This document shows positions 8,013 to 8,718 of a DNA stretch of 8,718 nt, one piece after another. The notes beneath the pieces are model-generated. The model had not been told where the DNA came from, ran no database searches, and worked only from the letters and a program-made list of their open reading frames with translations. The DNA lies in assembly GCA_051294375.1 (NCBI GenBank), contig JBJCIZ010000213.1, positions 2,040 through 10,757 on the forward strand. Direction: 5' to 3'. Within the stretch, counting starts at the first letter, position 1, and every line of letters starts with the position of its first letter. The translations under genes and the position numbers were made by a program. This DNA comes from Paraspadella gotoi. Taxonomy: Eukaryota > Animalia > Chaetognatha.

Positions 8013-8265
8013 CTAAATTTTTAAAAAAGTGGCACAGTAAACCGAAAAAATAACTTAGATATGAGGGAATTTAAGTATAATGGCAAAACAAAAAATATAT
8101 TTATCCTTGCCGCTGATACCAAAAAAAAAACGTAAGGGCTCAAGATTTTAAAATCGGAGTCATTGAAGGGGCGCGAAACATTTGTTCTACTGCCTCACCT
8201 GAGAATGTCGATTACATATAGAAATAAAATGCCCGAAAAAATTTAACCAAAAGTTATTTGCTTAC

Positions 8266-8346
8266 CACGATCGATGCTGCAACAAAAGTCCTAAAATGGA
8301 TGAGGGTGACACAAAGGACGATGTAAAGTCTTAAAACGATGTACAT
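8266..8346 (-). CDS. Putative first coding exon, signal-peptide-like MYIVLRLYIVLCVTLIHFRTFVAASIV
   Basis: ATG at 8346 is followed by 27 mostly hydrophobic codons with a V-A-A cleavage-like site. It ends in phase 0 at the canonical donor GTG|GTAAGC (8265). Confidence 0.4.
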
Positions 8347-8718
8347 TGACGACAGAGAAGAAGCGCGTGGAATTTAGTTTTTATTCGAACAATGATCTAC
8401 CATGATGGGATAAAAAATTGTCACGTTTCTTATATTTAAGTTTAATCTTACTTTATTTTTAACCTAATGTCATTTTTTAATAAAAATGATATAAGCTTTA
8501 ATCACCACCAAAATTTATTTATTAAATAAAAAAATAATTTTATATCTAATTATAATAATTTTATAATTCGATTACTTAATTAATTAAAAAAAAAAATAAA
8601 AAAACCGGAAAAAAAAATTATATTTTGTATAAACAACTTTTCATAAGCTATTCTGAATCTTCCTTTTTAAAAAATATAAAATCTTAAAATTAATTTTTCA
8701 ATTATTTCTTTATCTATA

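Overview
This is a eukaryotic, probably invertebrate, scaffold segment with four N gaps (1221-1636, 2757-3047, 4574-4912, 5184-5498). Bases 1 to about 5183 hold the internal region of a plus-strand Ty3/Gypsy LTR retrotransposon. Its gag has the Cx2Hx9Cx3C (CHCC) knuckle typical of the CsRn1/Kabuki/Boudicca lineage. Pol lies in the -1 frame and appears to be reached through a G_GAA_AAC slippery site followed by a stem-loop or pseudoknot. Pol has the order PR-RT-RNaseH-IN, an unusual ~110-aa in-frame Ser/Thr-rich insert between RNase H and integrase, and a probable Pro/Asn-rich C-terminal tail. No LTR, PBS or PPT is visible. From 5499 the DNA is very AT-rich host sequence. It contains a tRNA/SINE-like remnant, a GC-rich island with TGTCAC repeats, a degenerate ~90-bp tandem repeat, and several GC-rich blocks with minus-strand splice signals that suggest a spliced host transcript whose coding frame I could not resolve. 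I see no clearly new system. The most unusual items are the low-complexity expansions inside an apparently intact pol.
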